NCBI RefSeq assembly: GCF_964204645.1
Contig: NC_134025.1
Coordinates: 868,001-932,000 of the forward strand
Direction: 5' to 3'
DNA from: Tubulanus polymorphus
Taxonomy: Eukaryota > Animalia > Nemertea
DNA: 64,000 bases
The stretch's first letter is position 1. The number at the start of each line of letters is the position of its first letter. A program made the position numbers and the translations under genes. Below the pieces are notes generated by a model. That model did not search any database and was not told the origin of the DNA. It saw only the letters and a program-made list of their open reading frames with translations. Below, piece by piece: positions 39,601-51,500 of the stretch.

Positions 39601-42380
39601 CTGAACTCATTGAGATATTGACTAAACACATTGAGATATCTACTGAACTCATTGAGATATTGACTTAACACATTGAGATATCTACTGGACACATTGAGAT
39701 ATCTACTGGACACATTGAGATATCTACTGGACACATTGAGATATCTACTGGACACATTGATATATCTACTGGACACATTGAGATATCTACTGGACACATT
39801 GAGATATCTACTGGACACGTTGAGATATCTACTGGACACATTGAGATATCTACTGGACACATTGAGATATCAACTGGACACGCTGAGATATCTACTGGAC
39901 ACATTGAGATATCAACTGGACACATTGAGATATCTACTGGACACATTGAGATATCTACTGGACACGTTGAGATATCTACTGGACACATTGAGATATCTAC
40001 TGGACACGTTGAGATATCTACTAGACACGTTGAGATATCTACTGGACACATTGAGATATCTACTGGACATGTTGAGATATCTACTGGACACATTGAGATA
40101 TCTACTGAACACATTGAGATATCTACTGGACACATTGGGATATCTACTGGACACATTGAGATATCTACTGGACACGTTGAGATATCAACTGGACACATTG
40201 AGATATCAACTGAACACATTGAGGTTTTGACTGAACTTACTGAAATATTGACCGATATCTTGTTCCTCTTCTCCGTCTCCATCATTCACAGTTCTATTCG
40301 CTTCTCGACCCTCGCACTCAGAGAAATCTCTCATAACACGACGGCCAGCGCCACCTATATCTAACGATTCTCGATCGGTTAATATCGATAAGTCAACTCC
40401 GAGACGTTGATGACCGAATTCATCGAAGTTGATAGATTGACGATCATCGTACGTTATAAACCGGTCATCAGCGTTCGATATTATTGACTGTCTGTTAATG
40501 TTATCAGATAACGGCACGTGATCAAAATCAAACGAATCTTTAAATCCAATTGAGGAGTCTCTGTTGAAACTGACACCATTTTGACGCATTGAATCATCTT
40601 TAAATCCAATAGAGGAATCTCTGTTGAAACTGACACCATCTTGATGCATTGAATCATCTTTAAATCCAATTGAATCCCTGTTGAAACTGACACCATTTTG
40701 ACGCATTGAATCATCTTTAAATCCAATTGAATCCCTGTTGAAACTGACACCATTTTGACGCATTGAATCATCTTTGAAATGAATTGTTGATGTGCGTTGT
40801 TCAGGATCTCGTCTCGTGGTGCCGGATTCTACAGATTTCTCTGCAGTAGTTTTTAATTTCCCTCCCATGAAACTGTAATGTTTTTTATCGTCCTCGGTCA
40901 TCGTTTGATCGGGGTCGATCTGATTCTCATCGGTGCACGTACTGTTAAAATCAAAATCACTGAAATCACCGTCTAATTCATTGATGTGTTCAACGCCGAA
41001 CTGAACGTGAGGAACAGTCGCGTCTAAATCACTATCCTCATCGCTATCATCCTGTTGTAGAGTGATCTGAAACTGTCGACCAACAGCTCCTTTCGCTGCT
41101 CCTGCAACTCGCTGCGCTGGTTTCATCGCACCTTGTAGCTGTCGCGCTGCAGCAGCTGCTGCTGGTTGTTTTGGTTCGGTTTTTGCTACTGATTGCTGAT
41201 CGAAACCACCGCAAGGACTGATGAGGTCACGAGATCCTGATGTCATCGGTAACAAACCAGCACTGGTAAAATCATCTAAAACAAACAATTAAAACAACAC
41301 GGCTTACTATCATCAGATCTTTAACCTAAAGAATTCCCTGATTTCTAATTTCCTGAACTGTATCCCTGGAGGAATTCATCAACATCGCAATTAACAACTT
41401 ACCACTCATATCGTCAAGGTTAATAATACCCAGTGAAGATGATCGCGTTGTGGATGAACCATCTTTATTTAACATCACTTCAACATTCTGAATTTTACTC
41501 AAAGGATCCCTAAATAAACATCAAATGTAAAGCGGTGATAACAGGTTTTCTGCAGTATCGGCTCCATGAGGTCCACAACCGTATTTTAGTATATTAGTTA
41601 TATAACCGTATATTAGTTATATACTATAAGGCAGTACGGACTCAGGCCGGTACTAAACGACATGATGGCGCCACGTGTCGATAGATTATTGATTGACTTA
41701 CGATTTTTCGTATCGCGGAGCGAATTCTAAACCAGAAACACGACTTTTCCCGACGTCTGATTCACTCATAGAAAACTTCGGTAATAAATCGAGTTTCCCA
41801 AACGCGAGAAGCTGATTTGGTTCAACAAATGACGTCCTAAAAATATCGATACGATAAATATCAACAACCACTCCACCAGCAACCAGTGTTACCATAGCAT
41901 TTTAACCCTTTCAGTGCGTCTACACCGCAGTGCGGTGTATAAATCAGTGATGGATTTTACTAGTACACTGCACTGCGGAGTATTGATGTAATTAGTTTTT
42001 ATCTCTATTTTATGATGGCAGCACCTGTCAAACATAGTGAAATATTAGTAACTAACGATACACCGCGCTGCGGTGTAGACGCACTATAGTGATACTCCCG
42101 TTATTCAACACACTAGGGTGGAATTTTTAGAAATTTTCAAATTATCTCCAGCACTACAGGGTATAAATTAGTCAGCACTGAAAGGATTAAACGATGAAAC
42201 TCACGCAGATGAGTCCTCGAGTTGTTTACGTGTTTTCCTCATAACCGTTGAAGCGGCTAGCGGAGCCGGGGTTTGATGTAACGTACAGTTATCAATCATA
42301 GACAACTGTCCATCTCCCGCTAAGAGAGAACCCTCTCCCCATCCCGGAGGTGTCCAACTCTCACTTCTCTCATCTGCCAT
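22991..42380 (-). CDS. CEP192: Centrosomal protein CEP192 / SPD-2 ortholog (multi-exon; includes exons 42205-42380, 41702-41836, 41403-41509, 40241-41275, 32969-36238, 31581-31880, 24631-24689, 22991-23132)
   Basis: Exon translations match recalled CEP192 motifs throughout: N-terminal IDNCTL..PLAAST; RISVGAFMGCRTEALGSLDGDSNVTRPDFG; DVCCVGFSAQTTLPLFNPSRQWLQ; IPLIGHGGKSEI; YGDEILRQQYRR; and the C-terminus QHYIRLPIKFTPVTVGKFEAVLVLQ..LYGE. Multiple ASH/PapD-like beta-rich domains; the GT-AG junctions checked are phase-compatible. Confidence 0.93.
23191..24622. repeat. ~15-bp G-rich minisatellite (ctagtagaggggggt)n filling the last CEP192 intron
   Basis: About 1.4 kb of units with variable G-run length, ending a few nt from the donor site at 24630. 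Confidence 0.98.
27121..27230. repeat. ~30-bp intronic tandem repeat x4
   Basis: cagtctactgtagatcagaggcatgcaca repeated. Confidence 0.9.
28095..28475. repeat. GA-rich low-complexity intron
   Basis: (gaga/gtgagagga)n polypurine tract. Confidence 0.95.
28647..28728. repeat. Exact 41-bp tandem duplication spanning a CEP192 3' splice site
   Basis: cgatcagaggaatctacagaaataaacaacaaacgtgtgat occurs twice in tandem. Confidence 0.95.
30637..30678. repeat. (TA)n microsatellite next to a splice donor
   Basis: Perfect TA run. Confidence 0.98.
32237..32472. repeat. ~57-bp intronic tandem repeat with (TAACCC)2 and ctaggtcaggtgac cores
   Basis: ccctaggtcaggtga occurs five times, with ctaaccctaaccct in some units. 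Confidence 0.85.
34490..34912 (-). repeat. Coding repeat in CEP192 (RRPVDGSTRSS / RRPVESGTRLSS, ~14-15 aa units)
   Basis: About 10 diverged units in the 1104-aa ORF translation. Confidence 0.9.
35365..35760 (-). repeat. 39-bp coding repeat in CEP192 (SMSHRPAENSQQT, 13 aa) x~10
   Basis: Visible in both DNA and translation, with a higher-order alternation of AENSQQ and VEKSPQ units. Confidence 0.95.
38627..38733. repeat. 21-bp intronic repeat (atcgctataatcaataataac) x5
   Basis: Read directly from the sequence. Confidence 0.9.
39510..40240. repeat. 21-bp minisatellite (~34 copies) filling a CEP192 intron
   Basis: Unit cacattgagatatctactgga, lying between the donor at 40240 and the acceptor at ~39500. 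Confidence 0.97.
40535..40780 (-). repeat. Coding repeat in CEP192 (FKDDSMRQNGVSFNRDS(S)IG, 19-20 aa) x4
   Basis: Visible in the translation of ORF 40206..41288. Confidence 0.95.
41906..42186. mobile_element. piggyBac-like MITE in the first coding intron of CEP192
   Basis: TTAA|ccctttcagtgc ... gcactgaaagga|TTAA: TTAA duplication with CCC-start TIRs (one mismatch), plus internal palindromes tacaccgcagtgcggtgta. Confidence 0.75.
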
Positions 42381-43311
42381 CTTATTCCTGTATGTAGAGA
42401 TAATAGAAGTTGTAGTGATTATAGTTTAGGTGTTGACCTCAATATCATCGGAGTGACTGCCGTTCAGGTCCCGATGGTTATGTACCTAACTTATTATTCA
42501 ATAACACAAGCACCACATTGTGGAAAGGTAACCTTAAACCGCAGTTAGACTGCAGTTTGGGTCACCCATCCACTGGGTGGCCCTAGTGTTATGGTAAGGT
42601 TAGGTACATAACCATTATGGACACCTAAACTGCAGTCATACCAAACTACGTAGCCTACTACTGACACTGTGACCGTCTGTGAACTGTGTAATGTTTCGTG
42701 TTTTTTTTTTTTAAGTAACTGGTTTTTAACCTCTTCGCTACCATGCGCGACGTATATCAACGTCGCAAATATATTCATCTACTACAATTGCTGGTGTGGT
42801 GGTGAGCCATTGCACCGCTGGTGTGTAGCCGTACTAAGGCTTGTCTGCCTCAACTTAGTTCCAATTTTTACTCATAGATGGCGGATTAGTAACTCTAACA
42901 GCCTCTAATACCGATTTTATTTGAATTGATTGATGCCATTGGGCTCGAATCCTGGATTCCTGGTGAGGTGGGTTATCTGCATTATCTGCGGTAGTGAAGA
43001 GGTTAATTAAACTGGGGGGTCGCTGGTTTAATGAATTCACTATCAATTGAGACATGTCCCTGTGCTTGAAACTAAATTACTAAAGGAGCACTAACAGCAG
43101 GCTCCGAGTGTCTAAACGGCAATAATAACGATGATGATCAAATCGACGGTCGCAGAGCAGAGTAAGACTTGGACTAATATAGGAGTAGAGTAATGAATGA
43201 ATGAATGAAACGAGTGTCTGTCAACCGGTTAAAAACTACAGATATATATTCATCTGATAAATTACTTCAACCCCAATATTCACCCAACAGTATTTCATAA
43301 ACATCACTTAC

Positions 43312-43490
43312 TGTTCGTTTACGCTTATCGATGTTTATAGATCATATTTATAATTAGTAAACATGATTTTAGCGCTTCATATTTGCAAACAAATTCCACG
43401 CATGCGCACAACAATGTGATGCCGTTGCGTTTAGATGCAATCGGGAATAGTCGGACTTTCAATTCAAATTAAAGTTCGGTGGCGCAGAAT
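43312..43490 (-). promoter_or_regulatory. Putative CEP192 non-coding first exon and core promoter
   Basis: Minus-strand donor gtaagt at 43311; NRF1-like cgcatgcgca at 43399-43408; CHR-like TTTGAA (minus strand) at 43463-43468. Confidence 0.35.
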
Positions 43491-43858
43491 TTGACAGGCG
43501 ACCAGTCTACGGTTAGGCTAACATGGTTTTCCTGAGCCTGGACTGGTTGGCTGTTGATGATGAACTTGTATCCGGATGACATCCGGAGGATCGCGTGATC
43601 GATGAAAGAGTGTAATTGGAGACATCCAGACGCGTCCGGATTGAATAGAGTCCGAGTCCAGATTGATCCTGATGTTGAATTAGACTGTACAGGGGTGTCC
43701 CGGGTTCCAATCCAGTAATTACTGACACTTATTCAGAGTGGTCCTCCTAATGCTGAATGGAGGATGTACATGGGTGTCCCGGGTTCGAACCCAATAATTA
43801 CTGAAAGTGGTTCTGGAATCTGGCCCTGATGCTGAATAGAGGATGTACTGTGGCGTCA

Positions 43859-43989
43859 AGTGCTGCCCCTAAACATATCGCTGATGGTGAATATATGAAC
43901 TAACTTATTACTCGCGCGCCGCAGCAGGAAAATTGAACTATCAGTTAGTTCACAAATTTACCGCCTATGATACACATAGGGGCAGCACC
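43859..43989. mobile_element. Palindromic MITE
   Basis: gtgctgcccctaaacatatc...gatacacataggggcagcac TIRs, with internal tgaactaac/gttagttca symmetry. Confidence 0.65.
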
Positions 43990-44399
43990 TTACAGTTAAA
44001 AACAGAATTGAATAGATTCATAATTAAGAGTGAGAGCCATCACAGAACCGGTGGAGGAACTGGGACCGGAGGAGGAGCTGGGACCGGTGGAGGAACCGGA
44101 AAAGGTGGGGGGAACCGGGTTCACTCACTCACACTACCGATCACAATTTTGGGCTACTGTTATTGGCGTTTCAAATTATGCCCTCTGAAATAACATCCAT
44201 CATCTGAAACATTTCCGTATGGCCAAAATTCTTGTTTTAAACATGGGTCAGTGGTGCTGTAATCTTTTTCCTAAATTCATGATCCACTAAAATTATTTCA
44301 TCTTCAAATCAATATCACCGAGTAAGCCAACCCCTCATCACAATCTGAAATATTAAAAAAAAGAAAACGACTTGGGGCAAATTATCAAAAGCGAATTTA

Positions 44400-44470
44400 A
44401 GCGGTGGCAGGACTCGAAGCTGTGGTCTCTGGTTTACCAGGCGGGAATTCTAACCACTAGACCATAGATC
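44400..44470 (-). mobile_element. tRNA-derived SINE head or tRNA pseudogene
   Basis: The minus strand has an A-box (tggtctagtggttag) and a B-box-like gcttcgagtcc, but no proper acceptor stem or anticodon arm. Confidence 0.5.
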
Positions 44471-44723
44471 TTGGTAACCACTCGGGTGTGTAAGTTTGTC
44501 TCGTATGTGATTTTGTATGTGTTCAGTTTGCTTAAATTCGATTTTCAGAATGAATCTTAAACAGTTTGTTAACGGATTAAGTTAAACAGATAACTGGGGT
44601 AAACTGAGGACACATCAGTGGAATATTAATTGAATTTGCGTGGATTCGCACCAAATGGAATTTTTTGTGGCGTTGATCAGGTTCGAATCCCATCAGAAAA
44701 TGATTTTCTAAACTTGGCGGTAA

Positions 44724-44825
44724 TATTGGTACTTCTCATTGGCCAGGATCAGTGACGTCACACTGTCAGTATAAAAACTCAGGTCACCTGATCCTCTTTC
44801 CAGTTCGGCCATTTTTCAGGTGAGC
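44724..44825 (+). promoter_or_regulatory. Pol II core promoter plus ~20-nt first exon
   Basis: Two ATTGG (CCAAT) boxes, TGACGTCA CRE (44753-44760), TATAAAA (44770-44776), Inr-like ccagttc ~30 nt downstream, YY1-like gccatttt, and donor cag|gtgagc at 44819/44820. Confidence 0.7.
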
Positions 44826-45568
44826 AAACGTCGTCCATTTTATTTAATTCTTTCGATCAAATTTATTTATCAATCTTACTTGTAAGTTTTATACATATAG
44901 ACCTTAGGTTTCGCATACGGCTTTATGTAAGACAATTTCAAGAGTTCCGAAAGTTCGGATTATATCATATAGGTGTTTAATTATGACATTTCCATTTTGA
45001 CTTTCCTTTTGCTCTAAATTGTCCAAATGGTGTTTTTAACATTTAGAAGTAAATTTCAACATTTGATTTGCAATTTCGCTCTCGTAATAATGAAGACGTT
45101 ATTGTGATTTTATTGAGGAAATTTATTAATTTTATTTATGAAATTTTCGGAAGCAGTTTTTCTGGTGTTCAGATCTACGCGGTAAAGCGGCTAGTTGACA
45201 TGCCTAGGTGTAATACACAGACAGCTCAGTCTATTGAACCATGACTCGAATCCATAGAAACCTTTCATTCGAAGCGTCGTTCAACTTAATCCTGCTGGCT
45301 TCTATATCTATTATTAAGAAAATAATGATAAAATAATTTAATGTTAATTATTATTATTACTTAATAGAAACTCGATTTAGCTATTTCTTAGAATCAATAA
45401 TTTTCGATTTTCTTGATTTTAATAAGATTGTTTTTACATTGCAGTAGCAGCAGCAGCATCAACAGCAGCAGTTAAAAAAGCAACAGTTATAAAAGCAACA
45501 GCAGCAGTACAACGACAACTACAACAATTACAACTTCAACAATTAAAACTTGAACTTCAACTTTGAAT

Positions 45569-48500
45569 ATGTCTACAAAATATGACCTTTTTTCGGGACT
45601 GTTGAAGCTGGTTCGCGCCGAGGTGCTGACGCTCGACCCTGAAACCCTCGGCGCGTTTTTTGATTTGAGTAAGTACAAAGTCTACTTCATCAATCTCAAT
45701 CTGGGGTATCTCAAATTCTCGATTATTTTTCATGAACATCTCAAATTATTTGATTTCCAACATCCGAAATTATTTGATCTCAAATTCACAATCACAATTA
45801 TTTTATCTCAAATCTCCGCATTATTTGATTTCCTAAATCTCAAATTGTCTAAATCTCAATTATTTCGAATATCATCAATTAAAAAATCTAATATCATCTA
45901 ATGTCAATTTCTTTCAATACTCTTTTTAATTTTGGAAAACTCTCAAACTTAATTGAATTTGCTATCGAATCTATGGTGAATTAAGTTTGAATTGAATTGA
46001 ATTGAATAGTGAGTAGAGGCTCTGGTGGATGAGAATTAACTCGAGGAAGTAACTTCATTTCCTGGTTTCGGTTCCAAATATTGTCCAAATTGTGAAATGT
46101 TCATCATGTTATTCATATTCCAGTCAATAGAGATAAGTTACAACATAAATTATTTAAACTGTGTAGGCTTCCAGACCAATGCATTTCATAGAAAATCCTG
46201 ATTTATGTTTAATAAATCAAGGTAACTGGACTGCGCGGTTCAGTCCATTTAGTCAGGAAGCAGACTGCAGTTTAGTCCTTATTTTAATCAGTAACCGGAC
46301 TGTGGTGTAGTCCATATTTTAGTCAATAACTGTACTACCGTTTAATCCATATTTTAGTCAATAACTGGACTGCGGTGTAGTCCATGTTTTAGTGGACTAC
46401 GGTTTAGTCCATATTTTAGTCAATAACTGGACTGCGGTGTAGTCCATATTTTAGTCCATATTTTAGTCAATAACTGGACTGCGGTTTAGTTGATAGTTTA
46501 GTCAGGAACCGCACGGCTGTTTAGTTCATATCCAGATACCCGTCACATTATGGGACCAACTTTTTAGATACCGCTGAAAAGTAGCACTAGTATTTACGTT
46601 ACTTTCGTTTTTCTCTGCGACTCCAGGATCCGAAAACATGTGATTTTCTTTTTTTATTAATCATTCATCAACCGTCAGGAAATTCAGGATCACTATTTTT
46701 GATTGATTGGTTAAACTTTATTCCTCGTATCTCAAGGTAGTTGCTCAAAACAGTTTGAGATCCTGAGATTATGGCAGGAAGGAGGTACATCTCGCCACTG
46801 CTATCATGAGCTTATCTGTGAACTAGTCTCAAGCCGCACCCACTCAATGTTTATACTAGATCTAAACTGATGTTTGATACAAATGTCGTTCACTAACTGG
46901 GCTCATAGTCAGAATCTTCATCGTCTAATTGTTGGCGAATCCTAGATATTGTGGCCTTGCGGCAAATACAGTTTGCACACGATTTATTTTGTAATGGATT
47001 CATTATTACGGTCAAAGGTTGGCACCTTGTTAGGTACTGAGTCTTATACAGTGAGTTTACTCAGTATCCGGACCACAGTTTACTCAGTATCCGGACCACA
47101 GTTTACTCAGTATCCAGACCACAGTTTACTCAGCATCCGGATGACAGTTTACTCAGTATCCGGACCACAGTTTACTCAGTATCCGGATCACAGTTTACTC
47201 AGTATCCGGATCACAGTTTACTCAGTATCCGGACCACAGTTTACTCAGTATCCGGATTACAGTTTACTCAGTATCCGGACCACAGTTTACTCAGTATCCG
47301 GATCACAGTTTACTCAGTATCCGGACCACAGTTTACTCAGTATCCGGACCACAGTTTACTCAGTATCCGGATTACAGTTTAGTCAGTAACGGAACTGTGT
47401 GATTCATTTCGTTCTGAGACCAGATATTATCAAACTTCCTCTAGCTGTTCTTCAGATAATCTTCACCCGTCAAGGGATTCGAACCCACTACGCTAAAGCT
47501 GTTCGCCGAATCTCTTGACCTCGCGAGTCGTTACTAGCTGACCAGAATCCGGTTGTACCAATCACAGCGCTTGTTACAAACGATATTAGGCTTCTGTTGG
47601 AATTCCCGATAAATGGACCAATCAGCGAACAAGGAAGTATTTCGCAAGTCGATATATGACGTCATGCGCAACAGCGCCAGTAATGAAATCACGCGTCGTG
47701 AAGCCAGGGGGGCTGGTGGAAGCGAGTTCGGGAGTGATACCAGACCCCTGGCAAGCGAGGATGTCTTCAGATAGGCCTACCTTTTGACTTAATGTTTTAT
47801 TTTTCAGAATTCTTTTATTTTCTTGAAGCCATAAAAAGTATTTCCTCTACCGTTATCCAGGCCTGACATTTATCTAGGTCTATCCTGTTTTACACCTTAC
47901 AAGTTCGACAGGGACATTTCATATTGTTTTTTCTGTAAACGGCTGCAGCTGTATTTATAGTGAATTATTCCACTGAATAATTCTATACTTGAAGGGTAAG
48001 TAGTGATTATTTGAAATACTTAATGAATTCATGTGATATAGGCCTAATTCTAAATATCGTTTATTGTTCGCTGTATAATGACGTTTGATTTTTATAGACA
48101 AAAATCTTATTATAATTTGTAGTGAATGGATTTGATTGTATGAAGTTGCAGCAGTGGACAGAGTCGTGTGAAATGGTTTTTACCCCTGGTGGTTGTTTCT
48201 AAAGGTACAGCAACAGACAGTGTCGTGCGAAATGGTTTGCACCCCTAGTGGTAGTTTCTGAAGGTACAGCATGATTGTACAGCAGCGGGCAGTGTCGAGT
48301 GAAATGGATCTTACCCCGGCAGTTGTTTCTGAAAGTAAAAGTTTAAGTTTTTTGATTGATGATGAAAATACAGAAAATACAGAAGAAATTTGAATGAAAT
48401 TTTTTGTGTCCTTTTTCTGTTTGTCATGAAATGGAAATGAACTAGACTTACTTAGCAAAAACCATATGGAAATGTGCAGTACTCTAAGGAAATACTGTGT

Positions 48501-51500
48501 ATCACAATTTTTCGAAATAAAATTCGGTGAAAATTCATATTACAAAAACATATTTTCAAACGTATCGCATTTTGATGGATTTTTTGCCCTTAATGATACT
48601 GTAGACTTCACTTAAACTGGTAGACGGTCTATACCTGGTATAATCTGTTCAATTCGATGAAATAAAGATGAAATGTTGTTTTTCAATACATATGTTTTGC
48701 CTTTTATGGTATATTGCTCTGTTCGATGATAATAATAACAATAATATTATGTGTCTAATATAGCCCTAAATCCAGCTGCTGCTCAGAGCGCTTTACATTT
48801 TCGGTTTTATTGCCCCAGCCATTTAATAGTCTCCTGGGGCCGGTTCCATAGTCGAGACTTAAGTCCAAAAGTGGTCTTAAATCTTAAGACTGATCTTAAG
48901 CTGTTAGATTAGCTATATAACTAAAATTGTCTTAGACTAGTCTTAAGTCTAAGCCATGACTATGGACCCGCCCCTGGGGAGAAGCAACATCCGAACAGCC
49001 GCTAGGCGCTCAGGGGTCATCTATCGGGCCAGGTACCCATTTACTTCTGGGTGGAGAGAGGAAATGAGGATAAGTGTCTTGCCGGGGACGCAATGGTAAT
49101 GTACAGGGTTCAAATCCATGATGACCTGGTTTCCCAGAATGCTTCCCATATCCCGTTAATGTTCACTTCATTTCCGTTTATTATCTGCCTGAACCGGTAA
49201 ACTGTAATGGCTGTTCGCCTATATTATAGAATACGTGTATGTACTATCAACCTTCTATCTCTGTTAGCAAAAATACATAAAAACATGAGAACATCTTTAT
49301 GTATTTTTACTGTTAGTGATTAGGCCTTATGTTCTATTAATGCACACGCATGACTTAAACTGGTCATAATTTCCATTATGAAAATGGGATAAAGAAACAT
49401 TAAGTTTGTAGGGTATGACCCTTGGAAAATTTTGGTGGTAATTTTTCTGACTGAAAGTGACGTCCTATGCAAATGAGCTAATTTGCATAAATTATAATCG
49501 GTTACCTTTTTATTTGATAACCCCCTAAATTTCATGTATCAAAATGAACAAATCGGGTATCTAGCCTCAGCTAACAGCTGACATTGGAATATTCAATGTC
49601 TACGGTCAGAAATATAAATTATATGGGTAATTATAATTAGAAAATGAGCTAATAATTAAATCACGTGACCTTTCAAACGCAAAAAACTCAATGATTTTGA
49701 ATAGCAACACCACAAAAACGCAGCATAAAAACAAACTAACGGGCGCTGCCATTTAATCAAGCCGTCTAGCCGCAGGTTCTCTGCTGAATTCTATGCGAAA
49801 AACTAAAAATAAAACTGCTATAAGAAATGTCGACGAAAGTCGACAGGGCACAGTACGACCTGAAATAATCTGTAGACGAAAGTGGACTGGGCTCTGAAAG
49901 AGTTATAGAAGAAATTTGGGGATTCACTACATGGTCAGATTGTATAAAATACAAAGAACTTGATAATCACGTGATTATTACACTCACTAAGTCACGTGAT
50001 CACATCTCTCTGATTCTCTGTTCACTTCCAGTACGCAAACGGATCTTATTTAAAGTTGCTTTGCTGGTTTTCAAGTGCCTCCATAACTTGGCACCCTCTT
50101 ACCTCTCCAGCCTGTTAACAGTTTACAGACCAGTGCGAACACTTTGTTCCGAGTCGCAGAACCTTCTGTTAGTCAAATCATGTCGTCTTAGGTCATTCGG
50201 CGGACGCGCATTTGAGACATTTGCACCTACAGTGTGGAACTCCCTTCCGCAACCTCTCCGTGATATTGACTCTCTGCCAGCATTCAAAGCACAGCTCAAG
50301 ACATTTCTGTTCAGGTTATCATCTTCGTCTGGAGAGCGCCTTTGATAATCGCCCTGCTATTTACAAGGCGCTATAGAAATTTACAATCCTATCCTATCCT
50401 ATCCTATCCTAATTTTGACCGCTATTAGGTTCAATAAATCTTTTCATCAATTGATTTTTGCAATTCTTACAAACCCGGTGCAACTGTAGCAGTTTAGGCG
50501 GAGGCTACTGTATGGTGAATATCAGCTGAAATGGCTGTGCATGGAATTTTGTTGATCTGAATAAATGAATGGCTGCTGTACGATGAATTATACATTCTAG
50601 GTGAGTTATGTAATGAATATGTGGAGTACCAATAGGCCTATTGCTGACAATGAATATTCTATTGGGAAAAATGAATTACAGCCATTTATGTTGATAGTGA
50701 AATATTGTTCTTCAAAATGAATGTATTATATTTGTAGCGAGTGTTGTTTCTGAAGGTGCAGTAGTGGGCAGTGTTGTGTGAAATGGTTTTTACTGGTTTT
50801 AGATTCAGCGAAGTGAAATTATTTGTGTCGTTTTTCTGTTTTAATTCATGCTGTAAATAGTTTAAACAATAAAATCAAAAAAAAATCAGTCATATTTTTA
50901 TCTTCATTTTTGAGAAAATTCAGAAGAAAATATAATATGTTCACACTTGCCTCATGTTCAGAGGAAATGAAATGTAAGTTCTCCCACTTACCGTGGATGG
51001 AGTGTGGCCCTGTATGCAATAAAAAAGTGTTCTACAAAATAATTGAATACATTTCTGAAGTTTGGACTCATTTTTTACTCGTCCATTTGAAAAGTAATTA
51101 CTGAATAAAAGGAATTATCAATTAATTTTTTGTTGATACAGCGCGACATCTGTTGTTTTAAATTAGATCTTTTATCGTTGCAAAGTTTCCACTTCAATTG
51201 GTTGATAAATGAAAAGTTATCATGCGTGTTATTCCAAAGAGGTTCCCAGATTTTGAAACCAGGGTCATGGGTAACAATTCCATTCATTATAATGTATAGT
51301 TTTTGTCACCTGGAACCTGGTACATCATCACCCCAGAAAAAAAATCAAGTGTATTTTTGATTCATGATTTGCTACCAAAATTGATTGTCAAGGTAATGGT
51401 AGGATGTAATTTATTACAATCAGTAGTTCCATTAATGGATTAACAAAAGTGTACCCGTCCACATACAGGGTTGGTTCTGAAATATGTAAGTATATAAGAC

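Noticed and set aside
39510-40285. ORFs (MCPVDIS)n, (LRYLLDT)n and (SSRYLNV)n resembling metallothionein-like or repeat proteins
   Set aside because: They come from a 21-bp intronic repeat that is open in several frames; the CEP192 exon ends at the gtaagt donor at 40240.
44400-44470. Functional tRNA gene (also similar B-box motifs at ~19350, 20045, 20180, 43780 and 47475)
   Set aside because: A/B-box-like motifs are present but no complete cloverleaf can be drawn; better explained as SINE remnants.
47048-47390. Possible CRISPR-like array (also considered for 57369-57852 and 61150-62310)
   Set aside because: Units are contiguous with no unique spacers, there are no cas genes, and the context is eukaryotic.
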